Shown here one piece after another: positions 18,209 through 26,971 of a stretch of DNA of 32,029 bases. This DNA comes from a bacterium (GTDB taxonomy: Bacteria; UBA8248), in assembly GCA_027622355.1 (NCBI GenBank), contig JAQBZT010000002.1, forward strand, positions 1-32,029. Reading direction: 5' to 3'. How positions within the stretch are numbered: the first letter of the stretch is position 1; each line of letters starts with the position of its first letter. Made by a program: the position numbers and the translations under genes. The notes under the pieces were generated by a model. The model searched no databases. It saw only the letters and a list, made by a program, of their open reading frames with translations, and had not been told where the DNA came from.

Positions 18209-21085
18209 ATGGATGACATCGTCATCGAAGGGGCCCGCGAGCACAATCTCAAGGGGATTTCCCTTCGCCTTCCCCGGGAAAATTTTATCGTCGTGACGGG
18301 CCCGAGCGGCTCGGGAAAGTCTTCGCTCGCCTTCGACACCATCTACGCCGAGGGACACCGCCGGTACGTGGAGAGCCTCTCGACCTACGCCCGGCAGTTC
18401 CTCGAGCGGGTGGACAAGCCGGATGTGGACGCCATCGAGGGCATCAGCCCGGCCATTGCCATCGCGCAATACAACCCGGTCAAACACTCCCGCTCCACGG
18501 TCGGAACCGCTTCGGAGATCTACGACTATTTGCGGCTGCTGTACGCGAAGGCCGGCGACATTCACTGCCCCGCGTGCGGGAATCCCGTCCGGCCCTCCAC
18601 CGTGGACAGCTCGGTGAACGTGGTTCTCGGGGAGTGCGAGGGGGAGCGCGGCTTTGTTCTTTTCCCCGCGGTTCTTCCCCCCGAGAGCGAGCTGGATGAT
18701 TTTTTGAAGGGGTTGATGGCACAGGGCTTCATCCGCGTGATGGTGGACGGGGAGGTGCACGACGTCAGCCCCGGCCTCGCCGATCTGCTCCGCGAAAAAG
18801 CCGTCCTCCCGGAAATCCCGCCTGCAAAAGAAAAAAAAGCCGCCCGGAAGGGCCGGCCGCCCAAGCAGAAGAAAAAAGCCGTCCCGAAGAAAATCACCGG
18901 GGCGTTTCACCTCCGCGTTGTGGTGGACCGCCTGATTTTTTCGGCGGAGACCCGCGCGCGGCTGGGCGAGTCGCTCGAGACGGCGTTCCGCGAAGGGGGG
19001 GATGTCGCCGAAATACAGGTCGTGGATGGTCCCCTCTTCCGCTTTTCCCGGCGGCTCGAATGCTGCGGACAATCCTTCCAGGGGCCCACTCCGCTGACCT
19101 TCAGCTTCAACAATCCGCAGGGCGCCTGCCATGCGTGCGGCGGGTTCGGAAATATGCTTGTGCTCGATGAGGATCTGATCGTCCCGGACCCGGACCGGTC
19201 GTTGGCGCAAGGAGCGATCGCTCCGTGGACGCGGCCGCGCTACCGGAGTCACTTCGGCCGCCAGCTTCAGGAGGCCGCGAAACACGAAGGCCTCGATATC
19301 CACAAACCCTGGAAGCTGCTTCCCGAGAGCCATAAAGAGATGGTGCTCAACGGTACCGATCGCCTTCTCGGCGTACATCCTCACTTCGATCGGCTCCGAA
19401 GGAAAAAATACAAGGTTTGGGTGCGGGTGTTCATCCGCCGATTTCAGAGTCTTCGCGAATGCACCTCCTGCGGCGGGAGCCGCCTGCGCCCCGAGGCCCA
19501 TTGGGTGAAGCTGGGGGGGAAGAGCATCGCCGACATCTGCGCGATGCCGGTCGACAACCTCCTCGAATGGTTGGAGAAAATTCCCCTCCGCCCCGATCAG
19601 GAAGCGCGCGCGCGCGATATTCTCCGGCAGGTGCGCGATCGGCTCGATTTTCTTCATCATGTGGGGCTGGACTATCTCGCCCTCGATCGGGAAACGCGCA
19701 CGCTGAGCGGCGGCGAGTCGCAGCGGATCAACCTGGCGAACCAGCTGGGCGCGCATCTGACCGGCACGCTCTACATCCTGGATGAGCCGACCATCGGCCT
19801 CCATCCGCGCGACAACGCGAAGCTCATCAAAATTCTCAAAGACCTGGTGGAGCGGGGGAACACTCTTATCGTGGTGGAGCACGACCGCGAAGTGATCGAA
19901 GAGTCGGACTATGTCGTGGATCTCGGCCCCGGGGCCGGCGAGCGCGGCGGGGAGGTCATATACGCCGGTCCGAGAAAATCGCTTCTCGCCTGCGAGGAGA
20001 GCGTGACCGCCAAATATCTGCGGGGGGCGCGGCGGGTGATTCCGCGGCGCCCGAGAGCACGGCCCGCGCGCGATGGGCGGATGCTCTCCCTCATCGGCGC
20101 CTCGGAGAACAATCTCAAGAATGTGGACCTGCACATCCCCATCGGCGCCTTCAGCGCCATCACCGGCGTTTCCGGCTCCGGCAAAAGCACGCTGGTGCAC
20201 GACACGCTCTACCCCGCCCTCGCCCGGATCTTTCACGGGGGCACGGATCACGTGGGCAAGTTTCAGCAGATACACGGCTTCGAGCACATCGAAGACGTGG
20301 TGCTCCTCGATCAGAGCCCCATCGGAAAAAGCCCCCGGAGCAACCCGGTCACCTATCTCAAGGCCTACGATGTTATCCGCCGCCTGTTTGCCGACACGAC
20401 GGGCGCACGCACGCTCGGTTACGGGCCGGGACATTTTTCGTTCAACTCGCAGGGAGGACGGTGCGAGTCCTGTTCAGGAACGGGATTCCAGAAGGTGGAG
20501 ATGCACTTCATGGCGGATTTGTTCATTCGCTGTCCCGACTGCGAGGGGAAGCGCTTCAAGCCGCAGGCAATGGGGGTCAAGTACAGAGGGCTGAACATCC
20601 ACGAGGTGCTGAACCTGACGGTCGAGGAGGCGATTATGTTCTTCGAGAACTCCCAAACGATCGTGAAGAAGCTGCACGTCCTGCGGGATGTGGGGCTCGG
20701 CTACATGCGCATCGGCCAGCCGGTGACCACGCTCTCGGGCGGCGAAGCCCAGCGGCTGAAGATCGCCAGCCATCTCGTCGCCAAGCCCCCCCGCGATGTG
20801 CTCTACCTTCTGGACGAGCCCACGACCGGCCTTCATTTTCAGGACGTCGAGCGCCTGCTGGAGGTTCTGCTCCGCCTCGTCGCCCTGGGCAACACGGTGG
20901 TGGTCATCGAGCACAATCTCGATGTCATTCGCTGCGCCGACTGGATCATCGACCTGGGGCCGGAAGGCGGCGAGGCGGGCGGCCGCATCATCGCCGAGGG
21001 CCCTCCCGAGATGGTGTCCCGCTCGAAGCTCTCCTACACGGGAATCCACCTCAAGTCCTATCTCCATAAAAACAAGGCCGGATAG
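18209..21085 (+). CDS. uvrA: Excinuclease ABC subunit UvrA
   Basis: MDDIVIEGAREHNLKGISLRLPRENFIVVTGPSGSGKSSLAFDTIYAEG, two ABC modules (second Walker A GVSGSGKST, signatures LSGGESQR and LSGGEAQR), and zinc-finger cysteines (CPACG, CHACGG, CESCSGTG...CPDCEG). Confidence 0.95.
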   Translation: MDDIVIEGAREHNLKGISLRLPRENFIVVTGPSGSGKSSLAFDTIYAEGHRRYVESLSTYARQFLERVDKPDVDAIEGISPAIAIAQYNPVKHSRSTVGTASEIYDYLRLLYAKAGDIHCPACGNPVRPSTVDSSVNVVLGECEGERGFVLFPAVLPPESELDDFLKGLMAQGFIRVMVDGEVHDVSPGLADLLREKAVLPEIPPAKEKKAARKGRPPKQKKKAVPKKITGAFHLRVVVDRLIFSAETRARLGESLETAFREGGDVAEIQVVDGPLFRFSRRLECCGQSFQGPTPLTFSFNNPQGACHACGGFGNMLVLDEDLIVPDPDRSLAQGAIAPWTRPRYRSHFGRQLQEAAKHEGLDIHKPWKLLPESHKEMVLNGTDRLLGVHPHFDRLRRKKYKVWVRVFIRRFQSLRECTSCGGSRLRPEAHWVKLGGKSIADICAMPVDNLLEWLEKIPLRPDQEARARDILRQVRDRLDFLHHVGLDYLALDRETRTLSGGESQRINLANQLGAHLTGTLYILDEPTIGLHPRDNAKLIKILKDLVERGNTLIVVEHDREVIEESDYVVDLGPGAGERGGEVIYAGPRKSLLACEESVTAKYLRGARRVIPRRPRARPARDGRMLSLIGASENNLKNVDLHIPIGAFSAITGVSGSGKSTLVHDTLYPALARIFHGGTDHVGKFQQIHGFEHIEDVVLLDQSPIGKSPRSNPVTYLKAYDVIRRLFADTTGARTLGYGPGHFSFNSQGGRCESCSGTGFQKVEMHFMADLFIRCPDCEGKRFKPQAMGVKYRGLNIHEVLNLTVEEAIMFFENSQTIVKKLHVLRDVGLGYMRIGQPVTTLSGGEAQRLKIASHLVAKPPRDVLYLLDEPTTGLHFQDVERLLEVLLRLVALGNTVVVIEHNLDVIRCADWIIDLGPEGGEAGGRIIAEGPPEMVSRSKLSYTGIHLKSYLHKNKAG

Positions 21086-21094
21086 GAAAGCGCG

Positions 21095-22264
21095 ATGTGG
21101 AGAAAACTTCTCTCCCTCGTCTTTTTCCTTCTGATGGCGGCGGGCGCGGGAGCGCTTCTGCAGAAAACGCCGGAGGGGCGCCACCCGGTAGACGGGATGC
21201 TTCTGCTGCAGGCGGTTTTTTCCGGAGAGGGAGGCAGTTGGCTCGCCCAGCGCCCGGCGCCCCGCCGGGAGGCAGCCGCGCTTGCCGGGGGGGAGCTCGA
21301 TATCTATCTTCCCGAATCCCCGCCTGGAGAAGAGCGGCGCCGCGGGTGCGTTCTACTGGCGCACGGGATGACTGATCGCGGTCGCCGTGACCCGCGCATC
21401 GTCCTGTTCGCCCGTGCGCTCGGCCGCCTTGGGTTTGTGGTGGCCGTTCCCGAGCTGGCGGGGATGGTGCAGTTTCGCCCCGAGGCGGCGGATGCCGATC
21501 GCATGGAAGCGGCCTTTTTGCGGTTGGATGAAAAATACGCCGCCCCCCAAAGGGCGTGCGGCATGTTCGCGTTCTCCTTCGCCGCCGGGCCGGCGATGCA
21601 GGCGGCGGGACGGCCGGCCCTCCGGGGGAAGCTGGGCTACTTCATCGCTTTCGGCGCCTACTTCGAGCTGACCGAAGTCATCCGGCATCTCACCACGAGC
21701 GGCCGCGATGATCAGCCCGCCTTTCCCGGCGGCCCCCCTGTCCGGCTGGGGAAATGGCTGTTCCTCCGCCACAACCCGGACCTCCTCGGCCTGGAAAGCC
21801 ATCCCGCGGAGATCGAAGCCATCGTTCGCCGGAAGCTGATTTCCGAAGTGGCGGACGTGAACGCGATCAAGGTGCGCCTGCCGAATGCGGCGCGGCGGGT
21901 GATCGGGCTTCTCGAAAACCGCGACCCGAAACAGTTCGAAGCTCTTCTCGCGGGCCAGGCGCCTGCGCTGCGTGCGCGGATGTCGGCCTGGTCCATGGCG
22001 GGGCCGCTCGCGGAAACGCGGATGCCTCTTTTCCTGCTCCACGGAAAGGGAGATCCGTTCGTTCCCCCCCGCGAGAGCCAGCGGCTGGCGGCGGCGGCGC
22101 GGCGGCGGGCGGACGGCGGCCCGGTCCGGCTCCTCGTTCTGGAGGGCTTCGATCACGTGGACCCTCTGAAAACATCCTCTTTGTGGAACCCGAGGCAACT
22201 TTGGGAGGTGCTCCGGCTCCTGGGGTTCGCCTCGGCGGTTTTGACTCGGATGGAGGGGGGATAG
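21095..22264 (+). CDS. Putative alpha/beta hydrolase with an N-terminal signal/anchor
   Basis: Hydrophobic N-terminus (LLSLVFFLLMAAGAGALL), ..VLLAHGMTD.. and ..LFLLHGKGDPFVPPRESQRL...FDHVD, consistent with an alpha/beta-hydrolase His-loop region. A nucleophile elbow is not clearly seen. Confidence 0.5.
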   Translation: MWRKLLSLVFFLLMAAGAGALLQKTPEGRHPVDGMLLLQAVFSGEGGSWLAQRPAPRREAAALAGGELDIYLPESPPGEERRRGCVLLAHGMTDRGRRDPRIVLFARALGRLGFVVAVPELAGMVQFRPEAADADRMEAAFLRLDEKYAAPQRACGMFAFSFAAGPAMQAAGRPALRGKLGYFIAFGAYFELTEVIRHLTTSGRDDQPAFPGGPPVRLGKWLFLRHNPDLLGLESHPAEIEAIVRRKLISEVADVNAIKVRLPNAARRVIGLLENRDPKQFEALLAGQAPALRARMSAWSMAGPLAETRMPLFLLHGKGDPFVPPRESQRLAAAARRRADGGPVRLLVLEGFDHVDPLKTSSLWNPRQLWEVLRLLGFASAVLTRMEGG

Positions 22265-22587
22265 GATAGAATTCCACAAGGATATCGTTGTTTTGTTATC
22301 GGACCGGCCCGCACGGGCGGCGTCGCAGGGATCGAACTCGACATCCGCGTTGCCTCCCCCGGAACGGAGGAGGGACTTCACCGGGTCCGCGACATGTTTC
22401 GTGACAAGTACGTTCCCTATCGTTTCGCCAAGGCGGCCACCGATGTGAAGGACTATCGGGGGCTTGTTTCCCCCGCGTGAAGGGTTTCCCTCCCGGTTTC
22501 GTGCTATTCTTTTGTAAGCTGTTTTTCCGAAAATTCTTGTTCCGGCGTGGCCCGCGCGGCGGGGGCGCCAGAGAATGGTGCCTTTGT

Positions 22588-23499
22588 ATGGAGTTCAGCT
22601 CTCAGGCCACGGGGCTCATGTTCGCGGCGGTTGCCCTTGTGGGCTGGACGGTTCTCTCTTTCTTCGTGCGGGTCAGCATCCAGGGCGCGCCGCTCGTCAA
22701 AAGCACGGCGCTGCTCTCGACGACGAACCTCATTCTTTTGACCCCGATCACTTTGTATTTTGTCCCGATCTCTTCTTTCTGGCCCATGCGCCTGGAGACG
22801 ATCGGCCTGATTGCCGCCACCGGCTTCATCATGGTGGCGTGCTCGCGGCTGACCTACTATTTCGCCATCCGCCGGATCGGGCCGAGCCGCACCTTGCCCG
22901 TGGCGACGAGCACCCCGGTCATCACCGCGTACATGGCGGCATTCGCCCTGGGGGAGCCGGTGACCATTCCCATGCTGGTGGGCTTGGCACTGCTGATCCT
23001 GGGGGTGACGGTCATGGTCCAGGCGGACCCGGCCCATGCGGGAGCGGGCCCTTCCTTCTCGGCCCGGGAACGCTTCTGGGGATATGTCGCGGCGGGCGCC
23101 ACCACCCTGATCTGGAGCCTGTCCTCGATCATGCTCAAGTTCATCGTGAAGGAAGTGCATCCTCTCGCGGGCGCCACACTGGTTGTCTGGGCGGGTGTCC
23201 CCTGCCTGTGGATTCTCTCGCTGTTCGATCGGGGACCGGACGCCTCGAAGCCGATTCCCTGGGATCGGTGGCGGTGGTTCGCCCTGGCCTCGATCAGCCA
23301 GTCCATCGCCGTGCCGGCCTACACCGCGGGCCTTCTGCTCGCCTACGCGGTCCATGTCAGTTCCGTCACCGCCCTCCAGCCGATTCTCGCGCTCCTCATC
23401 GCGAGCGTGTTTCTTTCGCACGTGGAGAACATCACCCGGCCGATGGTCCTGGGCGCGTGTACGACAGTGGCGGGAACACTGATCGTACTTCTCTCCTAG
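22588..23499 (+). CDS. EamA/DMT-superfamily transporter
   Basis: Ten hydrophobic segments in two EamA-like halves. Start placed at MEFSSQATGLMFAAV... because the upstream part of the ORF-track ORF is low-complexity. Confidence 0.7.
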   Translation: MEFSSQATGLMFAAVALVGWTVLSFFVRVSIQGAPLVKSTALLSTTNLILLTPITLYFVPISSFWPMRLETIGLIAATGFIMVACSRLTYYFAIRRIGPSRTLPVATSTPVITAYMAAFALGEPVTIPMLVGLALLILGVTVMVQADPAHAGAGPSFSARERFWGYVAAGATTLIWSLSSIMLKFIVKEVHPLAGATLVVWAGVPCLWILSLFDRGPDASKPIPWDRWRWFALASISQSIAVPAYTAGLLLAYAVHVSSVTALQPILALLIASVFLSHVENITRPMVLGACTTVAGTLIVLLS

Positions 23500-23521
23500 A
23501 CGATCAGGAGACCGGCCCGCT

Positions 23522-24760
23522 TTATTCCTTTTTTCTCATTTGCACCTGAAGGTTTTCGATCGCCCGCCCCGCAATCAGCGCGCTTTCGCCGAAGCGATCC
23601 CGGACGGCGTCCAGCCCTGCCGTGAGGCGTTCTTCGCGCGCGCGATCTTTTTCCTCGATGAGCAGGGGCTGCAGGTTTTTCTCCGAGAGGCCTGTGAGAT
23701 AAACCCCGAGAAGGCGCACCGCCGGCCGGTGCTTCGGGCCCAGCTCGCGGCGCAGGAGGCGCAAGGCGGTTTCGGTGACCGGACGGGCGAGGTCCGTGGG
23801 CGGATCGAGCGGGGCCGCCCGCGTAAAAGTCGAAAAATCGGCATACCGGATTTTCAGGGTCACTCCCCGCGATTCCATTTTTCGCTTGCGGAGGCGCGAG
23901 GTGGCTTGATCCGCGAGGCGGCTGATGATTCCTTCGAGGAAGACGGGATCGCTCTGATCGGCGGGGAAGGTGGGTTCCTTGCCCAAGCTTTTCGGGGCGC
24001 TCTCCATGATCAGCTCGGCGGCGTCCTCGCCGCGGGCCTTGCGGTAGAGATCCGGCCCCGCGCTCTTGAAATGCGCTTCGAGCATGGCGAGCGGGAATCG
24101 GGCCAGATCGCGCACCTTCCCTACGCCGAGCGTGCGGAGCCGCCCGGCTGTCACTTTCCCGACGCCGGGAATTTTCTCGACCGACAGCGGCGCCAGCAGG
24201 GCGGATTCCATACCCGGAATGACCTGGAAGATACCGGCGGGCTTGGCGAGTTCGGAGGCGATTTTTGACATCATCCGGTTGGACGCGATTCCGATGGAGG
24301 CGGAACAGCCCACCTCGCCCATGAGGGCATCGCGCATCTGCTGGGCTGCCGCGAGGGGCGGGCCGAAAAGACGTTCGGTGCCCGTGAGATCGAGATAGGC
24401 CTCGTCCACCGAGACGGCCTGAAGAACGGGGGAGAAGCCGCGGAGAATTTCCATGACCTGCCCGGAGACTTCCGTGTACCGGTGATGCCGGGCGGGGAGA
24501 TAGACGGCGTCCGGGCAAAGGCGGCGAGCGGTGGTCATCGGCATGGCAGAGTGAACGCCGGAGCTTCGCGCCTCATAGGAGGCGGCGGAAACGACGCCGC
24601 GGCTGCCGGTGCTCCCGCCCACGATGACCGGCCTTCCGCGGAGCGAGGGGTTGTTCATGCGCTCGACCGCGACGAAAAAGGCGTCCATGTCCACATGGAC
24701 GATCGTGCGCCGGGGCGCGGCTTCTTTTCCGCGGCGGGGGCTTCCCCTCTCGCTGTCCAT
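23522..24760 (-). CDS. dinB: DNA polymerase IV (Y-family)
   Basis: IVHVDMDAFFVAVE, RPVIVGG, SVDEAYLD, SIGIASNRMMSKIAS, and the HhH region IPGVGKVTAGRL. Confidence 0.9.
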   Translation of the reverse strand: MDSERGSPRRGKEAAPRRTIVHVDMDAFFVAVERMNNPSLRGRPVIVGGSTGSRGVVSAASYEARSSGVHSAMPMTTARRLCPDAVYLPARHHRYTEVSGQVMEILRGFSPVLQAVSVDEAYLDLTGTERLFGPPLAAAQQMRDALMGEVGCSASIGIASNRMMSKIASELAKPAGIFQVIPGMESALLAPLSVEKIPGVGKVTAGRLRTLGVGKVRDLARFPLAMLEAHFKSAGPDLYRKARGEDAAELIMESAPKSLGKEPTFPADQSDPVFLEGIISRLADQATSRLRKRKMESRGVTLKIRYADFSTFTRAAPLDPPTDLARPVTETALRLLRRELGPKHRPAVRLLGVYLTGLSEKNLQPLLIEEKDRAREERLTAGLDAVRDRFGESALIAGRAIENLQVQMRKKE

Positions 24761-24781
24761 CGCGGCCGGCCGGGAGACAGC

Positions 24782-25399
24782 TCAGTACTTGCGGAGGACG
24801 CCGACCACGACGCCCTGAATCCGCAGGTCTTCTTGCTTCACCCGGATCGGCTCCATCGTCTCGTTGGCCGGTTGCAGCCGGATATGATCCGCCTCGCGGT
24901 AAAAGCGCTTCAGGGTGGCGGAATCGCCCCCCACAAGGGCGACGACGGTCTCTCCGTTCACGGCGGTGTCCCGCTGTTCGACGATGACGTAGTCGCCGTC
25001 CTGAATGTGGTCCTCGATCATGGACTGCCCCTTCACCTTAAGGACATAGAGATTGCTGTCCCCGGAAGACCAGGGAAGGGGGATGGTTTCGTTGTCCTCG
25101 ACCGCCTCAAGGGGCATGCCGGCCGCAATCATGCCGCGCAGGGGGAGTTCGGCGGACGGCAGGGCGGTCTGCGGTTCCACCGTGTCGGCGCCGGGGACGA
25201 TCTCGAGCGCGCGGCTGCGGTTCCAGCTTCTCTTGATGAGGCCCTTCTGGGCGAGATTCTGGAGATGTTTGTGAACGGTCGCCGGCGAGGTCAGTTGAAA
25301 GTACTGGCCGATCTCGGCGATGCTCGGCGCATAACCGTTCTTCAGGATGAACTGGCGGATGTATTCGTAGATTTCGCGTTGCCTTCGAGTCAGGAACAT
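24782..25399 (-). CDS. lexA: LexA repressor
   Basis: LTRRQREIYEYIRQFILKNGYAPSIAEIG (wHTH), the Ala-Gly cleavage site in MIAAGMP, catalytic Ser in VKGQSM and Lys in ATLKRF. Confidence 0.95.
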   Translation of the reverse strand: MFLTRRQREIYEYIRQFILKNGYAPSIAEIGQYFQLTSPATVHKHLQNLAQKGLIKRSWNRSRALEIVPGADTVEPQTALPSAELPLRGMIAAGMPLEAVEDNETIPLPWSSGDSNLYVLKVKGQSMIEDHIQDGDYVIVEQRDTAVNGETVVALVGGDSATLKRFYREADHIRLQPANETMEPIRVKQEDLRIQGVVVGVLRKY

Positions 25400-26814
25400 G
25401 GGGAATCCTCCGTACGTTCGCTGTGCGCTCCATCCTGCCGGGGATTTTCCCGAGTCCAGGAAGTGACGGTTTCGACGTGGGCGGTCTGGGGAAACATGGG
25501 AACGATGGCGGCCGAAGCAAGCCGGTAGCCCTCTTCCCAGAGTTCGCGCGCATCCCGGGCGAAAGTGGCCGGGTTGCAGGAAACATAGACAATCCGCCGG
25601 GGGGCGAGGTTCAGCACCAGCGGGATGGCCTCGAGCGCGCCCTTCCGGGGCGGATCGAGTAGAACGAGGTCGGGCGGGCCGCCCAGTTCACCGCAAATTT
25701 CCTCGGGCCGGGTTTTTTCGGCCGCGCCGCGGAGGAAGCGGACGTTCCCGCTCCCTGCGCGCTCGGCGTTGGCCAGGGCGTCCTGATGCGAGAAGGGGTT
25801 CTCCTCGACTCCGATCACCCGGCGGGCGTTCAGCGAGAGCGGGAGGGAGAAATTGCCCGCGCCGCAGAAAAGATCCGTGACCCTCCCCTCGCCTTCCGCG
25901 CCCGCGGCGGCGAGAACGGTATTCACCAGAACCTGGTTTCCTTCCCGGTTCGACTGGACGAAAGCCTCGGGAGAGACCTCCATGGCGAGGGTGGAGCGGC
26001 CTGCCCCGCCGGGGATGTCCAGCCGGTATGCCGCTCGCCATGCGGGAGGTTCTCCGGGCGCGCGTTCGCCGGCGAAGGCGCAGGGCCACCCGGCCTGGCG
26101 CGCGAAGGTCTCCCACGCGGCCCGCATCCGCTTCGGGATGGGGAGCGAGGTCCCCGGCCGGCTGTCGCGGCTTCCGGGCGGAAAAACGAGGAGGCCCACC
26201 CCCTCGCCGGGAACCGGCCCCAGCGCCGTCACTTCCACCGCCTCGGCCCGGCGGGCGTCTTGGCTCTCTTCCAGAAGTTGCCGAATCGCCGGAAGGGCGC
26301 CCGCGATGGCGGGCTCGACGAGAAGGCAGGTTTCGAGCGGAACGATGCGCCGGCTGCCGGGGGAGAAAAAGCCGATCTTCCCCCGATGGATGTGAAACTT
26401 CACCCGCAGCCGGTAGCCGAACTCGGGAATGCGATCTTCCATAATGGCCGCCGGGGCGCCCGGCGTGAACTTGCCGATGCGTTGAATGGCGTCATCGAAG
26501 ATGCGCCGCTTGGCCTGGTTCTGTCCGGCGTGATCCATCTGCTGGAGCGGGCATCCCCCGCAGTCGTGCCAGTGGAGGCAGGGGGGTTCCCGGCGCCATG
26601 GGCCCTCCTGCTGCACTTCCTCCAGCTCACCGAGAAGGAATTTTCCCTTGTCCTTGGAAATCCGGAAGCGGACGATATCGCCGGGAGCCGTGCGGGGAAT
26701 GAAGATGACCCGGCCCAGAAGGCGGGCGATGCCGGCTCCGCCCGCGGCGATGCTGGCGATTTCGGCGGTATGGGAGGTGCCCGCGAGGAGGGGTTCGGGT
26801 GCCAGGATTTTCAT
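25390..26814 (-). CDS. rlmD: 23S rRNA (uracil-5-)-methyltransferase, RumA/RlmD family (TRAM + Fe-S + SAM-MTase)
   Basis: TRAM-like N-terminus (GAGIARLLGRVIFIPRTAPGDIVRFRISK), a Cys cluster (CLHWHDCGGCPLQ), the SAM motif DLFCGAGNFSLPL, and the catalytic-Cys region YVSCNPATFARD. Start at the internal ATG 26814 with GGAG 5 nt upstream. The 3' end overlaps the lexA start by 10 nt. Confidence 0.85.
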   Translation of the reverse strand: MKILAPEPLLAGTSHTAEIASIAAGGAGIARLLGRVIFIPRTAPGDIVRFRISKDKGKFLLGELEEVQQEGPWRREPPCLHWHDCGGCPLQQMDHAGQNQAKRRIFDDAIQRIGKFTPGAPAAIMEDRIPEFGYRLRVKFHIHRGKIGFFSPGSRRIVPLETCLLVEPAIAGALPAIRQLLEESQDARRAEAVEVTALGPVPGEGVGLLVFPPGSRDSRPGTSLPIPKRMRAAWETFARQAGWPCAFAGERAPGEPPAWRAAYRLDIPGGAGRSTLAMEVSPEAFVQSNREGNQVLVNTVLAAAGAEGEGRVTDLFCGAGNFSLPLSLNARRVIGVEENPFSHQDALANAERAGSGNVRFLRGAAEKTRPEEICGELGGPPDLVLLDPPRKGALEAIPLVLNLAPRRIVYVSCNPATFARDARELWEEGYRLASAAIVPMFPQTAHVETVTSWTRENPRQDGAHSERTEDSPCS

Positions 26815-26828
26815 TGAAACTCCAACCT

Positions 26829-26846
26829 TTTCGTTCAGGAACGAAA
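26829..26846. promoter_or_regulatory. Perfect 8+2+8 palindrome TTTCGTTC-AG-GAACGAAA abutting the rlmD Shine-Dalgarno (candidate operator or 5'-UTR hairpin of the rlmD-lexA-dinB operon)
   Basis: The arms are exact reverse complements (checked base by base). The palindrome lies 2 nt upstream of the GGTTGGAG SD on the transcribed strand. Confidence 0.35.
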
Positions 26847-26904
26847 GAAAGTCATCCATAATACAAACAAATATCGAATGTTGTTGTCAAGCCAGTTTAA
26901 TTGG

Positions 26905-26930
26905 TTGAAATATAATGGATTATATTTCAA
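26905..26930. promoter_or_regulatory. Perfect 12+2+12 AT-rich palindrome TTGAAATATAAT-GG-ATTATATTTCAA in the rlmD-lexA-dinB upstream region
   Basis: The arms are exact reverse complements. Each arm contains TATAAT. A TTGACA on the transcribed (minus) strand lies at 26885-26890. Confidence 0.35.
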
Positions 26931-26971
26931 TTTCGCTGCGATGGCGGGCGGGAGAGCCCCTTGCCCGCAGA

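Noticed and set aside
17963-20434. An 823-aa ORF on the minus strand.
   Set aside because: It is antisense to uvrA, which is unambiguous. It is a shadow ORF.
22318-22350. A tRNA-like string, GCAGGGATCGAACTCGAC, resembling the complement of a T-arm.
   Set aside because: The flanking bases do not form a T-stem, acceptor stem or anticodon arm. Only a GTCG...CGAC pairing is present. The region reads better as coding-like sequence (see the TAG-extension finding).
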